Positions 39,679 to 50,294 of a stretch of 64,000 bases of DNA are shown in pieces. The stretch is from Candidatus Moanibacter sp. (GTDB lineage: Bacteria > Verrucomicrobiota > Verrucomicrobiia > Opitutales > UBA2987): contig CBDCEW010000096.1 in the NCBI GenBank assembly GCA_965215885.1, forward strand, positions 32,001 through 96,000, read 5' to 3'. The position numbers and the translations under genes were made by a program. The notes beneath the pieces were generated by a model. It was not told the origin of the DNA and ran no database searches. It worked only from the letters and a program-made list of their open reading frames with translations. The number at the start of each line of letters is the position of its first letter. The first letter of the stretch is position 1.

Positions 39679-41572
39679 CACGGTATTTTGATTCTCGGAG
39701 CATTAGGTGATGATATTGATGGCCTTATGTAAGTTAAAGACGAAATCATCACAGAGTGCGGGAGTGGATTCAGCGCCCATGGAAGACTTGAGGCTGAGAA
39801 CCAGTTGCCTGCATGCAGCAAGAATTCTGGCTGCGTTATGATTACGGATCATACATCGATCTTCATCGAAGAAGCGATCCCTGGGGTAATGATTTTTATT
39901 TTCGATCGACCAATGGTTGCGAATTTTCGAGAGGAACTGTTGAGGGCTCAAATCGGCGGGATCGAGACTGCTTACGTAGTAAGAGCGTTCAGAGGAAGGT
40001 TCAGCTTTGTTTGGATAATGGAAGGTGCGTTGCACACAGGCGAACTGGCGGGCATGGGGCAGGCCGGCAGAGGGAGCGCTTAGAGAATGGGTTGCTATTT
40101 GACGTATTTCGAGTCGCCCATGGTCATTGTCCACGGTTTGGTGGAGAAAAAGGGGGTGGAGCTGAAGAGATTCTGAGCGTATTGATGCATGTTGGGCTGA
40201 TTGTCTTTAATTTGAATAACATAGTCAGCACTGAGTTCTTCGACGACGATGTGGGCAGTTTCTTTTTGATTATGCATGGCGTCGAAGGTGAAGGTGGAGC
40301 CGTCCAAAATGGGCATCTTTCGCAAGAGAGTCTGGGCGGCGGTGATCTCGTTGGATTTATCGGCGGTAGCGACTTGGGCTAAGGTTTGAGCGCTTTGGTG
40401 ATCGACTGCGGCCACCAGGTGCAGAGCCTTTGATTCTTCGGTGTTTGTGCCTTTGAGGGTCTTGCCGTCGACGGCAATATCGCGGGGCAAACAGCCGTCT
40501 TGTAAGCAGATGAATTCGGTGAGGGTTTTATCGAAGAGCTCGGCCTTTACGTTTTGCAAGACCCGATAGAAGACATCATAGCAAGGGGCCTTATAGCGGC
40601 CTGTTTTGGGGTTTTTCCAGGAGCGTAAGGCGCGCAATTGGGCTTGATTGAGATGATGGGCCAGGCGCACGATGCCCTTGAGGGTCTGTTTGCCGCACAT
40701 CGTGCCGAGCACAATCATGCTCAGGACCGTGGCGAGCCGATATCTAAGGCCCGCTTTACGACGGAAGTCTTCTATCTGATTGAAGCGTTCCCACAGGCTG
40801 CTCATCTGTTCCACTTTGAGGCAGACCGCATGGGAGTTATCGGTTTCATTGAGCGCCTGGCTCTGTGCCGCGGGCAATGGCCCTGAAGCGCGCAAAAGCT
40901 CAAGGGCATTAGCCTTGAGGGGTTTGACCCAGATCTGCTTGGGACGCTCATGGCGTTGATAGAAATCTTCGCGTTGGCGGCCATATCCCGCGCTCAAGCC
41001 CAAGGGCGTCCACCCGCTCGCTTCGTAGCAAGTGCCCCGGTGAATCTGTGGGTCCACGAACGTTTCCGCTACTAAGGGACGATAGCCAAAAGCCTCCTGC
41101 CAGTGATCGGCTAAGACTCTCAGGCACATACCCAACGTCTTGGAGGCCAAATTTGCAAGATCCACCCCGGGCAAAATCAGAAAACGCCGGTTCTGTACTA
41201 CCAGTTTCAATCGTGCATGCCGTTGCGCCCCGTCCCACCCGATCCATTCGTCTCGATCCTTCAGCCGGTAGGATGCGGCCCCCCACAAGAGCAGGCCCAT
41301 CCATTGCCCGTCGATCTGCGCCACATAGCGCAGGGTCTCTCCTGCGCTGCCCGCACTGTGTAAATAATGATGTTGTTTCAATAGATCATTGAATCGCTCC
41401 TGCTCTTCGGGCAGGACCAGACGCAGAGTTAAACGATCTATCGAAGGATTCAGTTGGTAAGATTTTTTGTCTTTCATCCCATCTTAACATGACTGATTCC
41501 CTCGGGTTTGTTTAGCTCTTTTTTTATCTTCTTGCTTATCAGCTAGTTGCTTCCTGGAATCCTTTTACCCTG
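39679..41572 (-). mobile_element. ISAs1-family element
   Basis: CAGGG/CACGG ends; 10-bp TSD tgttgaggcg at 39669-39678 and 41573-41582. Confidence 0.9.
39703..41477 (-). CDS. DUF4338-fused ISAs1 transposase in two frames (shift near CCCCCTTTTT at about 40146-40155)
   Basis: N-terminal HHYL..RFLILP..NLAS..ETFVDP..GTCY (DUF4338), then AVDGKTLKG, KSNEI, DAMH and IKDNQP; second frame has IRNHWSIEN..EDRC. Confidence 0.85.
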
Positions 41573-41728
41573 TGTTGAGGCGGGACAGCTGAATTCCGTC
41601 ATTGATAGAAACTATCCTTTGGAACAGACTGCCGAAGCACACCGTTATGTCGACACCGGGCAAAGAAAAGGAAACGTAGTCATCACACTGGAGCATGATG
41701 ACGGGAACTGACGATCGCTGAAAGAATC

Positions 41729-41793
41729 ACTCCGACAATTGAATAGTAACACACTGTCATCGCGAGCCGACCGAAGGGAGGCGCGGCGATCCA
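41729..41793 (+). repeat. 65-bp repeat with an inverted partner at 55253-55317
   Basis: 63 of 65 positions identical by eye. Confidence 0.85.
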
Positions 41794-41815
41794 GGTATAT
41801 GCAACGCCTGATGGC

Positions 41816-43291
41816 GTGCCTTCTCAATCACGCTCTTCGCACCGGCGCGCTCTGAACGGGTTAACGACATTGACAGCCACCCAGACAAAGACGGGCGAAG
41901 CGCCGGCCGCGATTCTCCCCAACATCCTCTGGATCTGCACGGACCAACAGCGCTACGACACAATCACATCGCTGGGCAATTCGCACCTGCGCACGCCCAA
42001 CCTCGACAGACTGATCAAGTCAGGAGTCGCTTTCACGCACGCCTATTGCCAGTCACCGATCTGCACGCCAAGCCGGGCCAGCTTCCTGACCGGTATGTAC
42101 CCCGACGCGGTCCACGGCTGCATGAACGGCAACGATTACTGGGATGACGCAGCGCCTCTCATCACAAGGACTCTGGCCGAGTCGGGTTACGACTGCGGTC
42201 TGTCTGGCAAGCTTCATCTGTCTGCCGCCATCGGGCGAATCGAAAAGCGTCCCGACGACGGCTATCGGGTCTTTCACTGGTCTCATGACTCCGAGGACCG
42301 GTGGCCCGAGGGCCACGCCTACAGCGACTGGCTGAAAGCTCAAGGCAAAGACTACAACACGCTTCGCAAGGAGCACGGGTTCATCCCCGCTCCTCTGCAC
42401 CAGACGACCTGGTGCGCCCGGATGGCGGCCGAATTCATCCGGGAGAAACGAAACGGGCCGTGGCTCTTCAGCTTGAATTTCTTCGACCCCCACTCGCTCG
42501 GCGGCAAGTTCTATCCGCCAAGGAAGTATCTCGACCGGTTCGACGTCGAATCGCTGCCCGGCCCGCAATTCCGCGACTCCGACCTCGCTGCGCAAAAGCG
42601 CCTGGAAGGGGTCGACTTCCAGACAGCGGCCATCAAATACGATAAGAGGGAGGCTCAACTCTATCAGGCACAGTACTGGGCCCTGATCGAGATGATCGAC
42701 GAGAATGTCGGCCAGCTGATGGAGGTCCTGGATGAGACGTGCCAGCGAGACAACACGATTGTCATCTTCATGTCCGACCATGGCGAAGCGTTGGGCGATC
42801 ACGGCCTCCGCCGAAAGGGCTGCCGCTTCTACGAGGGCCTGGTCCGCGTGCCGTTGATCGTCTCCTGGCCGGACCGCTTTACACAGGAAATTGAAAGTGA
42901 CGCCCTCGTCGAGCTAACCGACATCGTCCCCACCCTCCTGGAAGCAACGGGCCTCCCCGTGCCCGAAGAGATGCACGGAAGATCACTCATGCCCATTCTT
43001 GACGGAAGATCTGATCCATACGATCATCGCGATTTCGTTCGCTCGATTTACTATCGCGCCCTCACGGGTACAAGCTATGCCTCAATGATTCGCACGCGGG
43101 ACCATAAACTGGTGATCTATCACGGGCACGGGATCGGCGAGTTGTTCGACTTGAAGAAAGACCCTCACGAGCATGAAAATCTATGGGATGACCCGGCCCA
43201 CGCCGATATCCGCTTCAAACTGGTAACAACCGCATTTGACGCGGCAGCCTTCGCCGCGGACCTCGGCCCTCGTCGCGTGGGTGGAGGGTAA
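41816..43291 (+). CDS. Sulfatase
   Basis: PNILWICTDQQR, CTPSRAS and MSDHG motifs; true start uncertain. Confidence 0.9.
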   Translation: MPSQSRSSHRRALNGLTTLTATQTKTGEAPAAILPNILWICTDQQRYDTITSLGNSHLRTPNLDRLIKSGVAFTHAYCQSPICTPSRASFLTGMYPDAVHGCMNGNDYWDDAAPLITRTLAESGYDCGLSGKLHLSAAIGRIEKRPDDGYRVFHWSHDSEDRWPEGHAYSDWLKAQGKDYNTLRKEHGFIPAPLHQTTWCARMAAEFIREKRNGPWLFSLNFFDPHSLGGKFYPPRKYLDRFDVESLPGPQFRDSDLAAQKRLEGVDFQTAAIKYDKREAQLYQAQYWALIEMIDENVGQLMEVLDETCQRDNTIVIFMSDHGEALGDHGLRRKGCRFYEGLVRVPLIVSWPDRFTQEIESDALVELTDIVPTLLEATGLPVPEEMHGRSLMPILDGRSDPYDHRDFVRSIYYRALTGTSYASMIRTRDHKLVIYHGHGIGELFDLKKDPHEHENLWDDPAHADIRFKLVTTAFDAAAFAADLGPRRVGGG

Positions 43292-43393
43292 CGGAGATTC
43301 TGTCTGTTTCCTTCTGCTTTTTGCGTTCTTTGCGATCTTTTGTGGCCATTCAAAAGCAACACAGAAAACCAATCGATATTCCAGAATAGCGCC

Positions 43394-43861
43394 ATGGCAG
43401 AATCCGCATTCAACCGAGTCGAGCAGTTGCTCACCTCGCGTAACATCGCGTTCGACGTATCGCGGCACAAGCCCGTCTTTACAAGCGAGGAGGCGGCCGC
43501 TGTTCGAGGCGTCCCCTTGTCCAGTGGAGCCAAGGCGCTCATCTGTAAAGGGGACGATCAGTTCGTCATGTTCGTCGTGCCCGCCGACCGGAGACTGGCC
43601 GGCAAACAGGTTCGCAAACGACTGGGTTGGCGGAAGTTCCGATTCGCGAATCGGGAAGAGGTGCTCACCCTCACCGGCCTCACTCCCGGCTCCATTCCCC
43701 CTTTTGGCAGCGTCTTCGGGCTCCCAACCTACTGCGACGAGAGGCTCAGCGAGAACACGACCATCAATTTCAACGCCGGGGACCACACGATCTCAGTGAG
43801 CATGCGCTACCTGGACTACCTCGATGCGGAACAGCCCGAATTGGGCACTTTTGCTGAATAG
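43394..43861 (+). CDS. YbaK/ProX aminoacyl-tRNA deacylase family
   Basis: AKALI, GSIPPFG and FNAGDHT motifs. Confidence 0.9.
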   Translation: MAESAFNRVEQLLTSRNIAFDVSRHKPVFTSEEAAAVRGVPLSSGAKALICKGDDQFVMFVVPADRRLAGKQVRKRLGWRKFRFANREEVLTLTGLTPGSIPPFGSVFGLPTYCDERLSENTTINFNAGDHTISVSMRYLDYLDAEQPELGTFAE

Positions 43862-43972
43862 GAGGGCGGATCTTTTCTCTCCGGCAAACATGCTCGCGAC
43901 GTTCCGGCTCACCGCCGAAGCGCTCTTCGACCCCGATCGCGACGGCTCGAGAAGCGAATCCATATCATCTCC

Positions 43973-44989
43973 TCAATTCTCCCACGGGTGCAGGATTATC
44001 TTCCCGCATTGGTTGCCGGCCCTCGTTTCCATCGCCTCTTGTACTTTGGAAAAGGGAAAGGTGTGGGTAATCAACTTATCGAGTAAAGATTTTGCTCCGC
44101 GAATCGTCCCCATCATCGCCTGTGTGTCGCGCTGATGGTTCCAGTGCCAGCATCCGTGCACTGTCAGCCCCTTGCCGTTGATTTCTTTCGCGTGCATGGG
44201 GCCTCCCCAACCCGGTGTGGCAATCTGGCCTCTTCTCGCGGCAGCTTTCACCAGAAAATCCGGCCCCGTATCGACGCTGCTGCATTCGACGCTCTTGGGC
44301 ACGCCTCGACCGTCGGTTAGATCCATTATTTCCTCGAGCGCACCGTCACCTGTTGGATCGATGACGGCTTCTACCCCCAGGTCCCTGGCGAGGCCGATGC
44401 GGTAGGGATTCATGTCAAGGCCGATCACCCTTGCGCCCCGGAAGAGGGCGATTGTCGCGGTGCCGAGTCCCACCGGACCGAGGCCGGAGATCAACACTGT
44501 ATCGGTTGCCGTGACTTGCATGGTCTGCATCGCGTTAAATCCGGGCCCGAAGCCGCAACACGCCATGCTGGCGTGGTCGTAGGTCAGATAGTCAGGAATG
44601 GGTACCAGGAGCCAGTCCTGTTGCACGCAGTATTGTGCCAATGTGGAGGTGCCCGTTTCGTTGCCACAGATCGCTTTTGGATCCTTTTTGTTCTGGCAGT
44701 AGATGTGATCACCCGAGGTGCACAGATCACAGACACCGCAGCCGCTTTGCGGCATCACCACAACACGGTCACCAGTTTTTACCATACTTACTGCGGGACC
44801 GATATCGGTCACCTCGCCCGCGGCCTCATGACCTCCGAGAGGTCCGGTACCGCCCTTAAGAAATCGATGAAACTCCGTGCAAAGAGGAGCGGCGTGGATC
44901 TTGATTTTTACGTAATTCTCTGCCACTTGAGGATCATCAGTATCTTCAAGTCGGCATTGACTTTTAGCTGTTACTACAAGTTGTTTCAT
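43973..44989 (-). CDS. Zn-dependent dehydrogenase (MDR)
   Basis: GHEAAG, CGVCDLC..C and GLGPVG motifs. Confidence 0.92.
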   Translation of the reverse strand: MKQLVVTAKSQCRLEDTDDPQVAENYVKIKIHAAPLCTEFHRFLKGGTGPLGGHEAAGEVTDIGPAVSMVKTGDRVVVMPQSGCGVCDLCTSGDHIYCQNKKDPKAICGNETGTSTLAQYCVQQDWLLVPIPDYLTYDHASMACCGFGPGFNAMQTMQVTATDTVLISGLGPVGLGTATIALFRGARVIGLDMNPYRIGLARDLGVEAVIDPTGDGALEEIMDLTDGRGVPKSVECSSVDTGPDFLVKAAARRGQIATPGWGGPMHAKEINGKGLTVHGCWHWNHQRDTQAMMGTIRGAKSLLDKLITHTFPFSKVQEAMETRAGNQCGKIILHPWEN

Positions 44990-45226
44990 TTCATTCCCTT
45001 CCATCTATCTTTGCACTCGTCAAAAAAGCGCCGGAATACGGCACTTGTTGCCCAACGACTTGCCCATTGCCAGTTCAGGTCACTATGATGGAATGGTAAG
45101 CTTAATCAGGACAAGAGAATTATTGAAGCCCGGCGAAAAGTTGACACCACGTATAAGGATTAGGGCATCGTTTTTATTGGCAGTGTCTCCGCCTTCGCAG
45201 ACGCGCTGAATGAAAGGTCTTTAAAA

Positions 45227-46528
45227 ATGAATATCTCCGAACTGCACGCTAAAGCGGCTCGTCTGGAGCGGGAACTGCAGGAGTCTGGAGCACGGGATAT
45301 TCTGGCGCAAGCGACCCACGACCCCGGGGCTGTCACCGCCGAACTCGCCCGCACCCGGGCCTACGCGTTTGACGCCGCGACACTGTCGCTCGAGGACGTG
45401 GTAGCGAGCTGTGCCGATTCACTTGACCGATACGGATTCTGTGTCGTCGACCATGTAATTCCAGTCGACCAGGTAGATGCCATTCGCGAGGAAGCAGTGG
45501 CGGCGCATCCGCTTATTGAACGAAATATTCAAGGCATCAAGGATCTCTTTGCTCAGGAGGGGGCTAACGCAGAGGAGTTGCTCAATGGGCAGGCCGCGGC
45601 TGAGAACGTGGAGTTAAGGCCGGTGCGCCGGGCTGGGCATCCACCGAAACCCCCCAACGATGTTATCTGGATGCCGCAGTACGCCCGCCATTTAGCCACC
45701 CCTGTGATTACCGCCGTGGCACGCCACGTCCTGGACGATCACCTTCGGATCGCACAGCTGCATACGCGTTTCATTAAGACCGACAAAGAGTATTACAAAG
45801 GGAGGGCTGACACGGTCATGACCGAGCGCGGTAGAGACAGACGTGAATGGCACACGGACTGGCCCCATGACCTGTCCGCCTACGGAAAGGACGATCCCGA
45901 CTTAAACGTGGGTTGTATCCGCCAACCCTTCCCCGACTTAACCATGTGCCTGGTAATGATCTGGTATTTAACCGACGTGGATGAAAGCTCGGGCGGCACG
46001 TGGATCGTACCTGGATCGCATAAGGACAAGCGTAATCCACGAGGGCCGGCTGATGATATTACAGTCGCTGCGCCCATCCCCGGGGACATGCAGGTAACAG
46101 CGCCGGCGGGATCCGTCTATATCCAGGATTCGCGGTGTTGGCATGCATCGGCCCGGCACAATCCGAGTGGCCGGGAAAGAGTTGCCGTGGTGAACCGCTG
46201 GTGCCCTTGGTGGTTGTCTGTCGACGACTTCGCACCCGGAGAAAAGTACAATGTCAACACGGTTTGCCGGCCGCTGGCACACGAGGAGTATCTGGCATTG
46301 CCGCCTGACCTGCGACCGTTGATGCGGCACCTCTGCCCCGATGAGCATGACACGCTGCAGCAGCCTGTGCTCGATCGCGCCGAAGCAGCTCATTTGCGTA
46401 CAAGGACGGGATTTCAGCAAGAGAAGGATAATCCCGACTGCCTCGCGAAAGCCAACGCCCACATCCGCGTGCCACTTCGGCCGCAGCCTCATGAACGTAT
46501 CGCCGGTGCGCCCGGCGGGGAGTTTTAA
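45227..46528 (+). CDS. PhyH-family Fe(II)/2OG dioxygenase
   Basis: WHTD, GGTWIVPGSH and WHAS motifs. Confidence 0.85.
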   Translation: MNISELHAKAARLERELQESGARDILAQATHDPGAVTAELARTRAYAFDAATLSLEDVVASCADSLDRYGFCVVDHVIPVDQVDAIREEAVAAHPLIERNIQGIKDLFAQEGANAEELLNGQAAAENVELRPVRRAGHPPKPPNDVIWMPQYARHLATPVITAVARHVLDDHLRIAQLHTRFIKTDKEYYKGRADTVMTERGRDRREWHTDWPHDLSAYGKDDPDLNVGCIRQPFPDLTMCLVMIWYLTDVDESSGGTWIVPGSHKDKRNPRGPADDITVAAPIPGDMQVTAPAGSVYIQDSRCWHASARHNPSGRERVAVVNRWCPWWLSVDDFAPGEKYNVNTVCRPLAHEEYLALPPDLRPLMRHLCPDEHDTLQQPVLDRAEAAHLRTRTGFQQEKDNPDCLAKANAHIRVPLRPQPHERIAGAPGGEF

Positions 46529-46588
46529 ATCCGCCGCATGCCCTACGGACGGAGAAAGTGAAAGCGATTTCTTATCAATAATAACGCA

Positions 46589-46651
46589 CAGATCAACTGG
46601 TTCCAGGCCGGTTCCGCCCTCAACCTGATCAAGAACCAGCAATCAGCCTGA
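46589..46651 (+). pseudogene. Aconitase C-terminal relic
   Basis: QINWFQAGSALNLIKNQQSA* resembles the aconitase QIEWFKAGSALN terminus. Confidence 0.6.
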
Positions 46652-46695
46652 TGAGTTCGAATCCAAAGTAGTGTTCTTTTTGAAACTTTAGAAAG

Positions 46696-47799
46696 ATGGG
46701 AAAGATCTACAAAGCAGCAGCGATCGGGCGGACGGGGGCGGGAAAATTCGGGCACGGCCTGCACCTCCCCTACAAACTGTTGCCAAACGTGGAAATGGTC
46801 GCCGTGGCGGACGAGCACGAGGAGGGCCGGGAAAAGGCGCGCTTTGATTCCGAAGCGCAACGGGGCTACGCGGACTACCGGGAGATGCTGAGGAAAGAGG
46901 AATTGGACATCGTCAGCGTCTGCCCGCGATGGCTCGATCAGCGGCTGGACATGGTTCTGGCCTGCATCGAGGCGGGTTGCCACGTCTACTGCGAAAAACC
47001 GTTCGCGATCAGCCTGGAGGACGCGGACCAAATGGTCGAAGCGGCCGACGAGGCCGGGGTCAAAATTGCCATCGGACATTTTCACGGCGCCTACATGCCC
47101 GGCGTGGCCAGTTTGAAGCGCGAGATTGAAAACGGGCGCATCGGCCGCCTCATGTCCCTGCACGCGCACGGCAAGTACGACCACCGGGGCGGCGGCGAGG
47201 ACGCCATGGATCTGGGCACGCATAAGTTTGACCTGATGCGCTACCTGGCCGGGGAGATCGATTGGATGTTTGCCCGAATCACCGTCGATGGGCGCGAGAT
47301 CCAACCGGGAGATGTGCATGAAGCAACGGAGCCGCTGGGGCCGGTGGTGGGCGACTGGATCGACGCTTATTTCGCGTTTTCAAACGGGGTCGCAGGGTTC
47401 TTCGACTCGCGTCGGAACCAGATCGGGCGCAACGACCGCTACGGCCTGGAGATTGTTGGGGACGCTGGCACGATCTCCCTGCGCGGGGGAACGGTCGATA
47501 CCCTCATGATTTATCCCTACCCGCTCTGGGAGCCGTGCAAATCCGAACAAGCATGGGAACCGCTGGAATTAGCAGGGCAAACCGGGAAAACGATCGCGGA
47601 CGGGCACGTGCTCGCGATCGAGGACCTGATCGGAGCCATCGAAGAGGACCGAAACCCCATCTGCAGCGGACGCGATGGGGCAAAGACGATTGAAATGGTG
47701 ATGGGCTGCTACGAGTCCCAGATCACCGGAGCCCGTGTGTATCTACCGATGAGGAATCGTTCACATCCGCTGGTGCGGTTCAATTTAAACCACCGATGA
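46696..47799 (+). CDS. Gfo/Idh/MocA oxidoreductase
   Basis: HVYCEKPFA and DLGTH motifs. Confidence 0.9.
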   Translation: MGKIYKAAAIGRTGAGKFGHGLHLPYKLLPNVEMVAVADEHEEGREKARFDSEAQRGYADYREMLRKEELDIVSVCPRWLDQRLDMVLACIEAGCHVYCEKPFAISLEDADQMVEAADEAGVKIAIGHFHGAYMPGVASLKREIENGRIGRLMSLHAHGKYDHRGGGEDAMDLGTHKFDLMRYLAGEIDWMFARITVDGREIQPGDVHEATEPLGPVVGDWIDAYFAFSNGVAGFFDSRRNQIGRNDRYGLEIVGDAGTISLRGGTVDTLMIYPYPLWEPCKSEQAWEPLELAGQTGKTIADGHVLAIEDLIGAIEEDRNPICSGRDGAKTIEMVMGCYESQITGARVYLPMRNRSHPLVRFNLNHR

Positions 47800-48025
47800 C
47801 TTGGAGCAGCGAAGCCGCAACCAAAAAAGAGGGGGAGATGCAGCCGAACCTTTGTCGTAAGCTTCGTCGTCAACTTTGTCGTCGTTGCTCTCTCGAGGAG
47901 GCTTACGATGAAGAATCACGCACCCTATTCCAAACCTACCTTCAAAAAATGCGCTCGCGAATCCATCCGTTTTAATCGGTGGTTAACATCCGTGTTCATC
48001 TTCCCCGCAAACACTACCGAAACAA

Positions 48026-49138
48026 ATGAGCATTAAAGTCGGCATTGTCGGGTTGGGCGGGATCGCGGCTCGGCACGCCCAAGGTTATGATCACCTCGAC
48101 GCCGTTGAACTCGTCGCCTTTTGCGATATCAATCCCGAGGCGCTTAAGAAGCGAGCGGATGAATTTGATGTTACGGGCCGCTACGACGATTACCAAAAAA
48201 TGATCGATGCGGAGGACCTCGACCTCATCAGCGTCTGCACCCAGGCACCGATGCACGCGCCGGTGGCAATCGCCGCAGCGCAAGCGGGTGTCCACGTGCT
48301 CTCGGAAAAACCGCTCTCCGTCGATTTGGAACGCGCGGATCAGATGATTGAAGCGGCCCGCCAGGCCGGGGTAAAACTGGCCGTCAGCCACCAGTACCGT
48401 TTCAGCCCCGCGGTCCGCCGCGCCAAGAAGATGGCGAATTCGGGCAAGATCGGGAAGTTTCGTTCCGTCCGGGAAATCGGTAAGGGCCGCGAGGCCGGTT
48501 TTGAGCTGATGGAGATGGGGGTGCACTATTTCGACGAAATGGATTTTCTGATGGGCGGTATTGAGTGGGTCCACGCCCAGATATCTTACCAAGGGCATTC
48601 GGTCACCGGGGACGATATCATGCACAGCAGCAAACTGTGCACGACAGACCGTCGGGATAACGGGATGGTGGCGGGAGACACCATGACGATCCACCTCGGC
48701 GGCCCCAACGGCGTGTCCGGTATCATCGAACTTTACAAGCGGGAGTCCAGGCACGGGTGGGTGTGGGGTCCCCACCTGCTTGGCGAATCCGGACAGATTA
48801 TGGTAAAGCCTCGGCCCCATACCGGGATTGACGAGATGTGGTTTTGCCCCTTCGACGTCTCTTTCGCCGCCCATACACCGCCTTGGGAACGAGTGAAGAT
48901 TCCCCAGGAGGATTACATTATTGAAGGAAAGGCGTGGGGGCCCCAGCACTCGATCTGGAGCGTCCAGAATATGATCGAGGCGATTCGCAACGATTCTGAA
49001 CCCGAGCTCGGCGGGCAAAACGCCCTGACTTCGCTCCAGTGCGTCAGCGCGGTCTATGAATCCCACTTCACCGGATCCCGCGCTTATCTGCCGTTGCGGG
49101 ACCGCCGCCACCCCCTCGTAAAGCGTCTTGCAAGCTGA
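48026..49138 (+). CDS. Gfo/Idh/MocA oxidoreductase
   Basis: GIVGLGGIA, HVLSEKPL and EMGVH motifs. Confidence 0.9.
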   Translation: MSIKVGIVGLGGIAARHAQGYDHLDAVELVAFCDINPEALKKRADEFDVTGRYDDYQKMIDAEDLDLISVCTQAPMHAPVAIAAAQAGVHVLSEKPLSVDLERADQMIEAARQAGVKLAVSHQYRFSPAVRRAKKMANSGKIGKFRSVREIGKGREAGFELMEMGVHYFDEMDFLMGGIEWVHAQISYQGHSVTGDDIMHSSKLCTTDRRDNGMVAGDTMTIHLGGPNGVSGIIELYKRESRHGWVWGPHLLGESGQIMVKPRPHTGIDEMWFCPFDVSFAAHTPPWERVKIPQEDYIIEGKAWGPQHSIWSVQNMIEAIRNDSEPELGGQNALTSLQCVSAVYESHFTGSRAYLPLRDRRHPLVKRLAS

Positions 49139-49319
49139 TTTCCGCTCGGCATCCCTGCCGATTAACCAAAGCGCTCGTAGACGAAGACCTGAAAAAGGTG
49201 GTCATCGACGGTGGACGCGTGGGTCTCGAAAGGAAGCGGAGAATATGACGATCGGAGCCAATACGCCCTCGATCTTACAAGAAATTTGACCCCGACAATT
49301 CAACTACCATACTTAAATT

Positions 49320-50177
49320 ATGGTTGAATGTAGTCCGATCAGTTCCGGCGAAAAGTTCTGCGAAGAGAAGGCTCGACAAGTCGTCGATGATTTCTACCGC
49401 GATGGTTTCGCGTATATCCCCAGTGTACTGAATCCGGAGGAAATTGAAGTCCTGCGCAATAGAACCGATGCATTGCTCGACGATCCGATTCTCGCTACGA
49501 GAGAAAATCCGGATCTGAGCGATAAACGTTACGTTCAGGTAAGCCGACACAGCGAATCGGGAGAGGAACTCCCGTTTATCCTACGAAATACCATTGAACT
49601 GGATCCTGTTTTCCGGGACATGCTGATACGCGAGCCGATCCTCGGTCTGGCTGAAGCTATTGTGGGACCTGACTGCAAATTCTGCGGCCAGAATGTTCTG
49701 CGTAATTTGCCTAGTGTAGCCATCGAGCGTTGGCATGTCGACGGAACCGTGCATTTTCCGGTACCCGAAGAGGTCCCGCGCCACGACCCGCGGATACGCC
49801 CACCGGTTCTCTGGTTCACGGTTCAGATCGCCTTGAGCGATATCGAGACCATCGACCATGGCCCTACTCAGTACGTCCCGGGTAGCCACTATTCGGGGCG
49901 GGGTCCCAACAGCCAGGAAAATCCCGAATTTGAGGGACAGAGACCCGTCTCGATTTTCTGCAAAGCGGGCGACAGCTACCTGCAGGATCCACAGTGCTGG
50001 CACCGAGGAGCGCCAAATACATCCGATCGAACGCGCTATCTTATGCAGTCGCAGTACGCCGTCGCATGGGCTTACCGCCGTTTCGGCTGGATGAATCGGG
50101 TCCCCGTTCACGAGAAAGACTTGCGGACTTCAAACGAGCGGCTGCTGAAAGTGCTCGGGCGGAGACGGCCATTGTAG
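49320..50177 (+). CDS. PhyH-family dioxygenase
   Basis: WHVD, GPTQYVPGSH and WHRG motifs. Confidence 0.9.
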   Translation: MVECSPISSGEKFCEEKARQVVDDFYRDGFAYIPSVLNPEEIEVLRNRTDALLDDPILATRENPDLSDKRYVQVSRHSESGEELPFILRNTIELDPVFRDMLIREPILGLAEAIVGPDCKFCGQNVLRNLPSVAIERWHVDGTVHFPVPEEVPRHDPRIRPPVLWFTVQIALSDIETIDHGPTQYVPGSHYSGRGPNSQENPEFEGQRPVSIFCKAGDSYLQDPQCWHRGAPNTSDRTRYLMQSQYAVAWAYRRFGWMNRVPVHEKDLRTSNERLLKVLGRRRPL

Positions 50178-50294
50178 ACAGTAAGTCCAGGAAGAGCTGA
50201 ATCGGAGATAATTGTGCATGTGCTCAATAGCAGCTCCTTGCTTGAAATCCGGAAAATTGGCAATAGAACGCTCTTGGTCCTCTAGGCATCACCC

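Larger units (their letters stand above)
38817..41711 (+). pseudogene. NAD(P)-dependent MDR alcohol dehydrogenase/quinone reductase interrupted by ISAs1
   Basis: MKAIVYTKYGPPDVL..GAAGNIG; C-terminus VEAGQLNSVIDRNYPLEQ..KGNVVI resumes at 41574. Confidence 0.88.

Noticed and set aside
40900..41477. Druantia anti-phage system
   Set aside because: The DUF4338 domain is fused to a transposase inside IS ends, and no DruE helicase or other Dru genes are present.
48014..49111. 365-aa minus-strand ORF (likewise 924..1922 and 23229..24077)
   Set aside because: Antisense shadows of well-supported genes.
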